Part shown: piece after piece, positions 1-8,544 of the stretch
Layout of the letters: each line of letters begins with the position of its first letter
Position numbering within the stretch: the stretch's first letter is position 1
NCBI GenBank assembly: GCA_964399075.1
Contig: CAYNPK010000002.1
Coordinates: 20,418-84,417 of the forward strand
DNA length: 64,000 nucleotides
DNA from: an uncultured Candidatus Saccharibacteria bacterium
GTDB lineage: Bacteria; Patescibacteriota; Minisyncoccia; Phycocordibacterales; JACOZG01
Direction: 5' to 3'
Program-made: the position numbers and the translations under genes
The notes under the pieces: generated by a model
Seen by the model: the letters and a program-made list of their open reading frames with translations, nothing else
The model's database searches: none
Told to the model about the DNA's origin: nothing

Positions 1-1233
1 CAGCTTGACCGCCAGACCCTTGCCCTCGGCTTGCGGTTTCCATTTCTCAAATTCCAGCTTGACCAATTCTTGCAGATTAAAATCTTTTTTATTGTAAATC
101 ATCGTGCCCTTGCGGAGGTCGGAAGCCTTCAAGATATCCTGGACCGTTGCCACCGCGCGAGTGTCAGAAGCGAAGCCCTCCTCAATGAGAGGCCTGGCGG
201 TCGCGGGCATCTCGCCGTAACTGCCATCGCGGAGCATGTCGAAGATGTTACGCGACTTGGTGAAGAAGCCCTTAACCTGGTGGGTGATGAAGTGGATTAA
301 TTCCGTCTGATTCTTATTCGCCACTTCCAACTCCTTGGCCAGTTTCTCGATTTTGATTTTGGATTCCAGTTCTCGTTTGGAGTTTTGCAGTAAGAGCAGG
401 CCGAAGACGATAGTGATTGTTAAGGTGATGACGTTGAGGGCCATATCAGCGGTGCTTTGCAGGAAGAGGAATTGCGAAGCGACCATGATAATGAGAACGT
501 ACACCAAGAGTTGAGTCCCAAGGAAGCGGATGTTGAAGACTTGGAGATTAGTAATCGCGTATACCATGGCGATTAAGAAGAGTGGCAAAACAAAGAGGCC
601 GTATAGGTTGACCTCGTAGATAAAGGTGGTTGCGGCAATGTATTCAGTAATGCTAAAGGTTGAAAGAAAGAGGATTAAAGATAGAAAAATGACTCCTGAT
701 TGTATTTTTTTAGTCCTATTAGATTTTTTCCACGCGATAATTAGAGATAGGAAAATTAAGGCGGTTGATACCCATTCAACAAAAACTTTATAGAGCACTG
801 CCTTGTCGTTGTTAAGAGCTTCACACCACGTTTGATCAAAGTTGGTAATTGCGTTGCCAGTTAATGTGAAAATGAATGCCGGTACACACAAAGCAAGCAG
901 GGTTATTTTTTCCGCCTTTGTAATTTCTCCCCTCGTTAGAGTTCCAAAGAAATAGACTGCTAAAACAAAAAATATTACATTAATATAATCAATCCATGAC
1001 CAGAAGAACACGACGTAAAAGTAATTTGGCACTGTCCAAATAATAACGTCATTTAAAAGCCATAATGAAACAGCTGAGACAAAGAACAGAAAGATGATCG
1101 CTATTGTTGCAAATTTAGTTTTTATAAGAGCATAAATTGCTAGAAAAAAGGCGATCGCTACAGGAATAAGATGAGAATAATACGCAATTGTGTGATAATA
1201 GCTAGTTGTTTCAAAACAAGTATTTATATCCAT
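1..1233 (-). CDS. membrane sensor histidine kinase-like protein, N-terminal part (gene runs off window start)
   Basis: Minus-strand ORF from ATG at 1233 (MDINTCFETTSYYHTIAYYSHLIPVAIAFF...) stays open to position 1. About 8 hydrophobic helices are followed by an H-box-like segment (ELIHFITHQVKGFF...DLRKGTMIYNKKDFNLQELV). It is absent from the ORF track because no stop falls inside the window. Confidence 0.45.
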   Translation of the reverse strand, partial: MDINTCFETTSYYHTIAYYSHLIPVAIAFFLAIYALIKTKFATIAIIFLFFVSAVSLWLLNDVIIWTVPNYFYVVFFWSWIDYINVIFFVLAVYFFGTLTRGEITKAEKITLLALCVPAFIFTLTGNAITNFDQTWCEALNNDKAVLYKVFVEWVSTALIFLSLIIAWKKSNRTKKIQSGVIFLSLILFLSTFSITEYIAATTFIYEVNLYGLFVLPLFLIAMVYAITNLQVFNIRFLGTQLLVYVLIIMVASQFLFLQSTADMALNVITLTITIVFGLLLLQNSKRELESKIKIEKLAKELEVANKNQTELIHFITHQVKGFFTKSRNIFDMLRDGSYGEMPATARPLIEEGFASDTRAVATVQDILKASDLRKGTMIYNKKDFNLQELVKLEFEKWKPQAEGKGLAVKL

Positions 1234-1275
1234 ATAAGTTATTGTACCACTATTTCATAAAAAATATACGCAAGA

Positions 1276-1848
1276 TTATTCCGCTTTTATTCCCTCAAGG
1301 CCCTCTAGAAGTAACAATTCGTATTTTGGCATTTCGTAATGGCCTGTTTCTTCGATCTTTTTTAATAATAATTTCATGTAACTTTGCATGGCGTTCGCTT
1401 TTTTATAGTAATTGAGTTGTTTTTTGGGAATACTTAAAACATCGCCCAGAACCCCTCGACAGTTCTCTGATCCGCATACGCATTTCATGTTCCATTTGGT
1501 TGGAGCAATGGTTAGAGAGTAGTCATAGGTGATTTCTTCTCCTTTGTTGATATCTCTAATTGCAAAGAGTTCACTTGCTTTTCTTAAAGATGAATTTGGA
1601 TTACAGCTGTGATTAAATGTTCGAGACAAACTATCCAAATCTAAATAGGTTCTTTTGCCAATCTGGAGAGGGTCATCAATGTATTCTTTGCCAGATTTAA
1701 TTTTTGCTACGAAATCTTTCGCGGTAAATCTCTCGCCACTAAGCAAATATATTACCTCACCCCTTTTTATAAATCTCCCAGCAAAAACTCCCTTACCATA
1801 CTTCTTGGTATTCTTAACAATTAATTTTTTGTCTGAAAATAAGGTCAT
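1276..1848 (-). CDS. SET-domain protein (putative protein-lysine methyltransferase) with post-SET Cys cluster
   Basis: NHSCNPNS motif, EITYDY, and C-x-C-x4-C post-SET (KCVCGSENC). True start is ATG at 1848 (MTLFSDKKLIVKNT), chosen by comparison with the paralog at 12205..12779. The upstream part of track ORF 1276..2133 is an over-extension. Confidence 0.7.
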   Translation of the reverse strand: MTLFSDKKLIVKNTKKYGKGVFAGRFIKRGEVIYLLSGERFTAKDFVAKIKSGKEYIDDPLQIGKRTYLDLDSLSRTFNHSCNPNSSLRKASELFAIRDINKGEEITYDYSLTIAPTKWNMKCVCGSENCRGVLGDVLSIPKKQLNYYKKANAMQSYMKLLLKKIEETGHYEMPKYELLLLEGLEGIKAE

Positions 1849-1986
1849 GGTGGGGGTTATTGAATTATATAATAATTGGGTGGTTGGGAAAAGCCAGTAT
1901 CGTGTGCTAGCTTGCCTTATTCTGTTATTTAGATTAGTATATGAATGGAGTTTGAGGTCTTTTGTTCGCGAAGGGAGGTGATATAC

Positions 1987-2130
1987 ATGAGTGAGTCGGA
2001 GATCCTTATTGTTCCCGATTCGAAGACGCACGCGAAGGTCGTCGAAAACATCGACTTGAAGGATGCCGTCGATGCACGACCATGCGATTGCGCCGCCTGC
2101 AGCTCCTGCAGGTGTACGCCGTGCAAGTAG
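1987..2130 (+). CDS. 47-aa Cys-rich peptide, candidate RiPP precursor (SCIFF/ranthipeptide-like: six Cys in C-terminal 14 residues)
   Basis: Internal ATG of track ORF 1945..2130, preceded by SD GGGAGGTG 6 nt upstream. Sequence MSESEILIVPDSKTHAKVVENIDLKDAVDARPCDCAACSSCRCTPCK. GC-rich relative to flanks. Sits immediately upstream of an HExxH gene and a radical SAM/SPASM gene. Confidence 0.5.
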   Translation: MSESEILIVPDSKTHAKVVENIDLKDAVDARPCDCAACSSCRCTPCK

Positions 2131-2216
2131 CATGGCTACACCAAAGAAAAGACCCGAGCATGTCTATAAACTGCTCTTTTTTATTTCTATTTTATTTAAA
2201 TTCAAGATTATTATCC

Positions 2217-2945
2217 ATGAACAAACTTCGTTTTTGCTTAAACAAAAAGCTTGATGAGTGCTTGGCCGGAGAATTTCTTAATGTGTCTGGAGGGGGGATA
2301 GATTTCGGCAAGGGGATTATTAAAATACATCCGCAACTGAAACCAGTTAAATCTCTACAAGATGCTATTCAGAAAGAAAAAGCTATTAGGATTTATTTTA
2401 ATCACTACTATCAAATTCATCGAGAAGAGATGGTTCGTAAGTTAAAGCTTGTGCGAAACTCTTGGAGTAAGAAAGAGCAGAAATATGTTGCGATAACTGA
2501 AGATTTTTTCGGCGGTTTTCGATTTTCAAAAGGAAAATATATTGCCTATGCCTCTATTATTGACTGCAATCCTCGGTTTTTAGACTCAAAAACATTTCAG
2601 TTTTTTTATAAAAAATCACTCGCTGACGCTATTCAGACTATTGCCCACGAACTTCTTCATTTTATTTTCTTTGATTTTGTTGAAAAGAGATTAAAAAAGG
2701 AAACGAAACATTTATCAGAGAATCAATTGTGGGACCTGTCAGAAATATTTAATGTGATCGTGCTTAAATCTCTGTCATACAAAAATATTATTAATCAACA
2801 ATTAGTAACTCCTTATCCTGATCACCAGCCTTATCTTCCTCAATTTGAAAAAGCGTATAAAAATTCTAAAAACGCCGAAGAATTTATTAGACGGGGTATA
2901 AGTATTATAAACACAAAAAATAGCGAGACGAGGCTGATAAACTAA
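2217..2945 (+). CDS. HExxH metallopeptidase-like protein, family A (ImmA/IrrE-like motif IAHELLHFIFFDF)
   Basis: Clear paralog of 5388..6038 (CNPRFLDSKTFQFFYKKS / IAHELLHF / LWDLSEIFNVI). Likely start is ATG 2217 (MNKLRF), not 2082. Confidence 0.6.
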   Translation: MNKLRFCLNKKLDECLAGEFLNVSGGGIDFGKGIIKIHPQLKPVKSLQDAIQKEKAIRIYFNHYYQIHREEMVRKLKLVRNSWSKKEQKYVAITEDFFGGFRFSKGKYIAYASIIDCNPRFLDSKTFQFFYKKSLADAIQTIAHELLHFIFFDFVEKRLKKETKHLSENQLWDLSEIFNVIVLKSLSYKNIINQQLVTPYPDHQPYLPQFEKAYKNSKNAEEFIRRGISIINTKNSETRLIN

Positions 2946-2969
2946 AAGAGGATTGTAATGGTATTTGAT

Positions 2970-2997
2970 TTGACAGGTGGGGTAAATTATTTATACT
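2970..2997 (+). promoter_or_regulatory. sigma70-like promoter TTGACA-16-TATACT upstream of rSAM gene
   Basis: TTGACA at 2970..2975 and TATACT at 2992..2997. Followed by SD GGGGTGA 5 nt before ATG 3061. Confidence 0.35.
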
Positions 2998-3060
2998 GTT
3001 TTTAGACTGCCGAAACTACGTTGTTTTGGCTTTGGTCTCTGACAACTAACGGGGTGACAT

Positions 3061-4122
3061 ATGGAAGATTCAATCAGTACGGCGATAGTGAAACCAACAG
3101 ATGGTTTTTGTAACTTGGCTTGTTCCTATTGCTACATGCAGAAGGTCTGTACTCGGGGAAAAATTCGGGTCATGAGTGCGCACGTTCTTGAAAACCTAAC
3201 TGATTTCTTCTGTTCCGAATTGGAAGAAATTGAGTTCATCTGGCATGGCGGTGAACCTCTTTTGGCCGGAGTGGATTTCTATCAAAAGGTAGTTCAGTGT
3301 CAGGAAAGCTGGATCGCCTCTGGTAAGAAAATCGCGAACTTCGTTCAAACCAATGGGGTTTTGTTAAATGGCAGGTGGGCGGATTTCTTTTCCCAGAACG
3401 GCTTTGTGGTTGGGGTGAGTCTCGATGGTCCGGCCCGCGTTCACGATGCGACCAGACGTTTCAAGAGTGGCGGTAGTTCCTTGGTGGCAACTATCAATGG
3501 AATAGAGGTGGCCCGAAAAGCGGGCATCTTTAATGGGGTGATTTGTTGCGTAAGTTCTCACAATTGCGAATTAGCGGAAGAGACCTTTGATTTTCTCTGT
3601 TCCCTGGGGATTAAGAGTATAAAATTTCTCAGGGTCAAGGGGGAATTTGAGGACAGCGTCAACCAAGGTCAATATGTTCGTTTTCTTACGGCCGTCTTAA
3701 GAAGGTGGCTGGAGGTCGATGATCCGGAGATTGAAATTAGAGACATCAAAAGTCTGATAGACATAGCCTTGGGGGGCAATTTCAGAGAATGTGTCTACAT
3801 GGGAAGGTGTGATAAATTCGTTACCGTTTACGGAGACGGATCTATTTACGCCTGTGATAATTTGCCCAAGGTTGATCGATTCTGCTTCGGCAATGTGGTC
3901 CAGACGAGAAAGGAGGTGTTGCTTGGACCAAAACTCCAAAACTTTCTTGCGATGATTGATGAACGTAAGAAGAGTTGCTCGTCTTGTTTTTGGTTTGAGA
4001 CCTGTCGCGGCGGTTGCGCCTATCGGTACCTACAAGAAGAAAAGGAGGAAAATCAATGTGAAGACTTGAAAGATTTGTTTGGCACTGTTCGTGATGTACT
4101 TAAAAGGCACCAGATGGTCTAG
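3061..4122 (+). CDS. radical SAM / SPASM-domain peptide maturase (rSAM no.1; AnSME/ranthipeptide-maturase-like)
   Basis: CNLACSYC (C-x3-C-x2-C) and GGEPLL. C-terminal auxiliary-cluster Cys motif CSSCFWFETCRGGCAYRY. Confidence 0.85.
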   Translation: MEDSISTAIVKPTDGFCNLACSYCYMQKVCTRGKIRVMSAHVLENLTDFFCSELEEIEFIWHGGEPLLAGVDFYQKVVQCQESWIASGKKIANFVQTNGVLLNGRWADFFSQNGFVVGVSLDGPARVHDATRRFKSGGSSLVATINGIEVARKAGIFNGVICCVSSHNCELAEETFDFLCSLGIKSIKFLRVKGEFEDSVNQGQYVRFLTAVLRRWLEVDDPEIEIRDIKSLIDIALGGNFRECVYMGRCDKFVTVYGDGSIYACDNLPKVDRFCFGNVVQTRKEVLLGPKLQNFLAMIDERKKSCSSCFWFETCRGGCAYRYLQEEKEENQCEDLKDLFGTVRDVLKRHQMV

Positions 4123-4157
4123 GTGCCAACTACTCTCTTTCGAGAAGGATTGGTGCT

Positions 4158-4298
4158 ATGAAAAAACGTGAATCTAAACTGAAAGTCCCCCGTGTCTTGC
4201 AGAAGGCTCGGCAAGTTGCCAAGTCTTTTGCGTCGAATTCGAGTTCGGGTTATACCAAGGGGCCTTGGGATCAGGGTCACTGGGCAAACCGAAAGTAA
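4158..4298 (+). CDS. 46-aa basic peptide (K/R-rich leader-like N-terminus, C-terminal GYTKGPWDQGHW); candidate rSAM substrate
   Basis: ATG 35 nt after the rSAM stop, with GAGAAGGA RBS 9 nt upstream. Sequence MKKRESKLKVPRVLQKARQVAKSFASNSSSGYTKGPWDQGHWANRK. An intrinsic terminator follows. Not in ORF track (<60 aa). Confidence 0.4.
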   Translation: MKKRESKLKVPRVLQKARQVAKSFASNSSSGYTKGPWDQGHWANRK

Positions 4299-4336
4299 GA
4301 GCGCGTATGATTATCGCGCAGGAAACTCAAACCAAA

Positions 4337-4370
4337 CGAGTAGTCTATCGGACTACTCGTTTTTATTTTT
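4337..4370 (+). terminator. rho-independent terminator (CGAGTAGTC-loop-GACTACTCG + T-run)
   Basis: Perfect 9-bp stem followed by TTTTTATTTTT. Closes the rSAM no.1 peptide operon and is convergent with the 4363..5247 gene. Confidence 0.5.
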
Positions 4371-5247
4371 GAATGTGTCCTTTTAGAACTTCGATTAGCG
4401 ATTCGAGGTAGGCATTATCAAGAGGAATTTTACCTTCCGTATACTTCTTAGACCAACCATACATGTGATAAGCACATATTTTTCTTGTTTGTGAAAAATC
4501 TAAAATGTTTTCAGTTTTTGCCAATCGTTCGTTTGTAATTTTTACCACCTCTATGCCAAGATATTTCTCTGCTAAATATCCTTCTGGTATAAATGAACTG
4601 ATTATTAGTTCTTCTAAAACAAGATAAGTGTTTTTTGTGCCATAGTTAACTAGATTAATTATCTCTGAATTTTTTTCTGTTACTTTTTTTATTTTTTCCC
4701 AAAGTTGATGATTTTTCTTCAATATCAAATGGAAAAATTCATGAGCCAATATCCCAATAGAAAATTTATCAGGAATAATGTTGTCAACTGGGCACTCCAA
4801 AACTATACTACTTCTATCCGGAGACCAAGAAAACCAAGCCGACAAATTATCATAAGGACTAATCACCAGATTAATTTGAATATCTTCGATCGAGAGATTA
4901 TCCATGCCCGCAAGCGAAAGAGCATCAGCAATCACCAGGTCCAATGTCTGTAAATTATCTTGATAGTATTTGGAAAGTAGTTCGAGTTTTTTTAGAGCAG
5001 TAAGCCAAAATTTATCAAACTCTTGCTCAAAAGGAGCGATGGCTTTTCTAAATTCGGATAACTTATCTTGCCCAACCATCTCTTCAAGGCTAGACCAAAA
5101 AGTCTCGTCATTTTCGGTAGCCAGAAAGAGTTCAATATTTTGAACATCCTCTGTTTTTAATAGATCTTTGATTGTTTGTTCCTTTTTAATATCAACCAAA
5201 AAGTGCAAAAAGTTGACATTTTTTGAAATACTAAAATTTAATGACAT
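4363..5247 (-). CDS. HExxH metallopeptidase-like protein, family B (ILAHEFFHLILKKNH)
   Basis: 294-aa ORF with a single HEXXH. The 5' UTR contains GGAGGA and derives from the N-terminal coding sequence of the 8545..9363-type gene. Confidence 0.55.
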   Translation of the reverse strand: MSLNFSISKNVNFLHFLVDIKKEQTIKDLLKTEDVQNIELFLATENDETFWSSLEEMVGQDKLSEFRKAIAPFEQEFDKFWLTALKKLELLSKYYQDNLQTLDLVIADALSLAGMDNLSIEDIQINLVISPYDNLSAWFSWSPDRSSIVLECPVDNIIPDKFSIGILAHEFFHLILKKNHQLWEKIKKVTEKNSEIINLVNYGTKNTYLVLEELIISSFIPEGYLAEKYLGIEVVKITNERLAKTENILDFSQTRKICAYHMYGWSKKYTEGKIPLDNAYLESLIEVLKGHIQK

Positions 5248-5266
5248 TTTTTATTCAGAATATCCT

Positions 5267-5340
5267 CCAGTCTGGGAACTGTCTTAGGATTTTACCATAG
5301 AATGGCTAAAATTAGAAGGGGTGGTTATTGAATTATATAA
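5267..5340 (-). promoter_or_regulatory. repeated promoter/5'-leader module (copy 2) with extended -10 TATGGTAAAAT
   Basis: Core ATGGCTAAAATTAGAAGGGGTGGTTATTGAATTATATAA at 5302..5340. On the minus strand it reads CCCCTTCTAATTTTAGCCATTCTATGGTAAAAT, then a 45-nt leader with GGAGGA before ATG 5247. Confidence 0.4.
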
Positions 5341-5387
5341 CACATGATAGTTTACACAACTTCTCACGCTTTTTTATTTTTGCCACA

Positions 5388-6038
5388 CTAGTTATTAATA
5401 TATCTAAGGTATTCCAAGCTTGTTTTTACAAAATTTACAACATTTGGTTCTTTTGTCCAAATCCTTTTTATTTCTTCCAACTTATTTTTCAGATCAGGGT
5501 AAAATAGAAGTTCTTCTGCTCCGATAGATTTTTTAATTGATGGAAGATTAAGAAAAATCACATTAAATATTTCGGATAATTCCCACAAATTATTGTCATT
5601 CTCAATTTTTAAATCACCACAAAAATCATAAAAGGCAAAGTGGGTCAGTTCGTGGGCGATAACTTCTTTTCTCATGTCATGCGAACGTTTGTAATAAACT
5701 TGGAAACTTTTATTCTCTAGATAGCGTGGATTGCAATTAAAGATAGACAAGTAACAAGTATAATTTTTTTTGCTGTAATCTTGGCCGAAATATTTCTGTA
5801 ATTCTAAAAATAAAGATTCTTTTATTTCTCTAAAACATAGCTCGGTATCCTCAAGAGTATTTTTCAAACTATCTTGATTCGCAGTATAAAAATTATCTAT
5901 ATATTCAATATAGTTTTCTTTAGTTATGTCCGGATGATCATCACGTATCTTCTTACCAAAATCAGCGCCACCAACAATAGCATCACAAAAAGCCAAATAT
6001 ACTTCTTTATCTAATTGTTTATTGAGCAGGGTGTTCAT
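5388..6038 (-). CDS. HExxH metallopeptidase-like protein, family A paralog (IAHELTHFAFYDF)
   Basis: Homologous to 2217..2945. Its 3' end (5388..5485) is duplicated at 12788..12950. Confidence 0.6.
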   Translation of the reverse strand: MNTLLNKQLDKEVYLAFCDAIVGGADFGKKIRDDHPDITKENYIEYIDNFYTANQDSLKNTLEDTELCFREIKESLFLELQKYFGQDYSKKNYTCYLSIFNCNPRYLENKSFQVYYKRSHDMRKEVIAHELTHFAFYDFCGDLKIENDNNLWELSEIFNVIFLNLPSIKKSIGAEELLFYPDLKNKLEEIKRIWTKEPNVVNFVKTSLEYLRYINN

Positions 6039-6792
6039 TGCTCAAGTATCTTTTCCATGCTTTTTCCGCTTCGGTCGGGCTTATGCCGTATATTTCTTGA
6101 AAAATATCACTATTCTCATTTTTTGTTTTGAATCTATTGGTATTCTGATAAAGAGTTTTAAATTTTTCTTTACCATATTGTTCAATCAAGAATTTTGTAA
6201 ACGACCCAACAAAACAGTAGTAATAAAGAGCGTGATCGTCATCCAGCTCTTTCCATTTTGCGTGATCCATCATTGAATCTACTGGGGGCAGGAGCCCTTT
6301 ATTTGAAGCCTCATAAGCGAGTTTGTCGTGGTCTTCTCCATGCCAGCCGTGGCCAACCATATATTCTGCCAATCCTTCTTGAAAAAAAGCAATTGAAAGT
6401 CCCCACGGTAAGGATAATAAATGTGTATCTTCATGTTCTCCAATTGGTTTAATGTCTTTTGTATACAAAACATGCACAATAAAATCTTTCCAAATGGCTT
6501 GAGCATACCAATCATCACCCATTAATTTTTTCTTTGTTTTCAGATCAGGATAAAAATAATAAGTGATTTTTCTTTCTGGAGATAGAATTTCTAAAAATTC
6601 AATGATTTTTTTGAAAGCTCTTCCCTGTGTTTCTGAAATTTTTGTAATTTCTTTTTCCGCGATTGTTTTAGGTAAATAGTAAAAAATATAGTGTTCAGTT
6701 TCATGTTTGAGCCAAGAGATGTCATTTTTGAAATCCTCTTTGTACGTTGGGAGATTTTGGGTAATTTCAGGTGTGCTCATAATATTAAACAT
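6019..6792 (-). CDS. HEDTH-motif metallopeptidase-like protein (family H)
   Basis: 257-aa ORF with GEHEDTHLLSL followed by EGLAEYMVGHGWHGEDHD. Overlaps 5388..6038 by 20 nt, so probably operonic. Confidence 0.5.
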   Translation of the reverse strand: MFNIMSTPEITQNLPTYKEDFKNDISWLKHETEHYIFYYLPKTIAEKEITKISETQGRAFKKIIEFLEILSPERKITYYFYPDLKTKKKLMGDDWYAQAIWKDFIVHVLYTKDIKPIGEHEDTHLLSLPWGLSIAFFQEGLAEYMVGHGWHGEDHDKLAYEASNKGLLPPVDSMMDHAKWKELDDDHALYYYCFVGSFTKFLIEQYGKEKFKTLYQNTNRFKTKNENSDIFQEIYGISPTEAEKAWKRYLSNEHPAQ

Positions 6793-6795
6793 TAT

Positions 6796-6829
6796 AACAA
6801 AAAATAGGCTGCTTTTCCAGGCAGCCTAT
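6796..6829 (-). terminator. rho-independent terminator after rSAM no.2
   Basis: ATAGGCTGC-loop-GCAGCCTAT hairpin followed by TTTTTTG on the minus strand. Confidence 0.45.
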
Positions 6830-6832
6830 TGG

Positions 6833-8143
6833 TTAGGAGTTGTACTCAAGAAACAACAAACCTTCGTTTAGAGTGGCGATTAGCTTGCGTTGACAGAACC
6901 TCTTTTCGAATCCTTTCTCTCCGTTTTCCACGATCGAGTCATGAATGCACCCACCGCCACATATTGGCAAATAGGGACATTTCTCTTCTACACACTTGTC
7001 TGTTCGAGAAAAATTCTCAAAACGAACATCTTGTGTATATGAGGTGGGAAAATCGGAAACGTGACCGAAATCGAAAGCGGGCCGTCCAACCGTACAGAAG
7101 CATTTTTGAAGTGCTCCATTCGGCTGAAGTACTGCCGAATGCTTTGCGATTGCCACGCACCATGGCCCCACAAGAAACTCGTCAGGTACAGCAAACCCAC
7201 ATTCTTTAGCGACACGCCAAGCAGCTACAGCTTTTTCGGCGGTCATTACTTCGGCCAAGGCTTTCGTGGTAGTGCCAAGAGATGGAACAACAAGACCTAG
7301 ACTTAAATGAATCTTGTTACCATAGCCAAGCTTTGCCAAGAAGCGTATAAGATCTGGCAACGATTCAGCGGTTTCTGTATCGAGAGAGAGTCTCAAGTTG
7401 ATCTTTGGCACGTATCCACCATCGAGCAACATTCTCACATTCGTGATAATCCTATCGAAAGTGGGTTGTTTGTCGTGGCCAACTCTACGGGTGTCATGCA
7501 ATTCTCTCGGACCGTCCAGGGTAATTTGCACTCGCCGTAAATCGTATCGTTTGAGTGCGATTGCCGTATTAGCGTCGAGAAGCAAGCCGTTAGTAGTGAT
7601 CTCGGTCCAATATTCTATTCCTTTCTTTTCAGTAAGCAACTTGATTCTTGTTAGGGCTTCTTTCGCCAAGTGTTTCACCAGAAGAGGTTCTCCTCCAAAT
7701 AAAACGCACTTCAGGGAAGCAACCTCTGGATTGGCTTCAAGGTATTGGTCAAGCCAGTGAACAGACTGACAAAGAACCGCCTCCGTCATCAATCCCAGTC
7801 GTCTTACTCCACGCTCGAAGCAATAGTGACAGTTAAGTTGACACTTCATGGTTGGCAGGAGATGCAATGTGAAGAGTTTTGCCTGTTCATTCCTTGTGTG
7901 GCGAAAGAAGTTACGATACTCGCGGAACTCGTCTTTGTCTTCTGGAACAACAAATCCATTATTGCCAGAAAGAGTTTCGATGGAATCATGGCTAGGCAAT
8001 GTTTGATCATGAAGCCACTTATCCAAAGATTCAATTGTTTTGCCATCAAGCATCGCGACTGCCCCAGTGAGATAATTCTTCACCAGAACATTCCCATCGG
8101 CAAAAGGGTAACGAACCGTAAATGCACTCCATTTGTACCTCAT
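6833..8143 (-). CDS. radical SAM / SPASM-domain peptide maturase (rSAM no.2)
   Basis: CQLNCHYC, FGGEPLL, and C-terminal CVEEKCPYLPICGGGCIHDS. Start is probably ATG 8143 (MRYKWSAF); the track uses GTG 8206. Confidence 0.85.
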   Translation of the reverse strand: MRYKWSAFTVRYPFADGNVLVKNYLTGAVAMLDGKTIESLDKWLHDQTLPSHDSIETLSGNNGFVVPEDKDEFREYRNFFRHTRNEQAKLFTLHLLPTMKCQLNCHYCFERGVRRLGLMTEAVLCQSVHWLDQYLEANPEVASLKCVLFGGEPLLVKHLAKEALTRIKLLTEKKGIEYWTEITTNGLLLDANTAIALKRYDLRRVQITLDGPRELHDTRRVGHDKQPTFDRIITNVRMLLDGGYVPKINLRLSLDTETAESLPDLIRFLAKLGYGNKIHLSLGLVVPSLGTTTKALAEVMTAEKAVAAWRVAKECGFAVPDEFLVGPWCVAIAKHSAVLQPNGALQKCFCTVGRPAFDFGHVSDFPTSYTQDVRFENFSRTDKCVEEKCPYLPICGGGCIHDSIVENGEKGFEKRFCQRKLIATLNEGLLFLEYNS

Positions 8144-8215
8144 GGTAGGACACATCCTTTCTAAAAAAATGTCCCGCAAGCTACACGCCTGCAGGACATC
8201 ATGCACTGCGACTCA

Positions 8216-8356
8216 CTAGTAGCCACAAGTGTCTTTGCCCAACCTGACCGGAGTGCGAAGGTCTTGGTTACCTGCTTTGAGCAGGATAACACCAGAGCTT
8301 TTCACACTAGCCGATCTTACAGGCCGAGTTGCCGGTTTGTCGTTCTTGGTAACCAT
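8216..8356 (-). CDS. 46-aa basic peptide upstream of rSAM no.2; candidate precursor
   Basis: ATG at 8356 with AGGAGG 8 nt upstream. Sequence MVTKNDKPATRPVRSASVKSSGVILLKAGNQDLRTPVRLGKDTCGY. Stop lies about 10 nt before the rSAM ORF. Same length and character as 4158..4298. Confidence 0.4.
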   Translation of the reverse strand: MVTKNDKPATRPVRSASVKSSGVILLKAGNQDLRTPVRLGKDTCGY

Positions 8357-8544
8357 ATGGCTTTCCTCCTTTCTTGCCTATTACCCTCGACTGCTCTTTG
8401 GGTTGAGAATCCAACACGGATTCTCATTTAACCTCATTGACCAAAAGAGTAATGTAAGGAAATAGGACTTGGGGTTTGATGTCGAAGATCTAAAATAGCC
8501 AACAACATCTTATCACTATTTTCCCTATTTTGTCAATAAAACAC

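Noticed and set aside
31-300. Plus-strand ORF (89 aa) from the ORF track
   Set aside because: It lies antisense to a long minus-strand membrane/histidine-kinase-like ORF that stays open from 1233 to the window edge. It has no RBS and a low-complexity translation.
4192-4386. 64-aa plus-strand ORF overlapping the peptide no.1 locus and the terminator
   Set aside because: It is an alternative frame of the same DNA with no SD and runs through the terminator hairpin and the stop of the convergent gene. The in-frame 4158..4298 ORF with an RBS is preferred.
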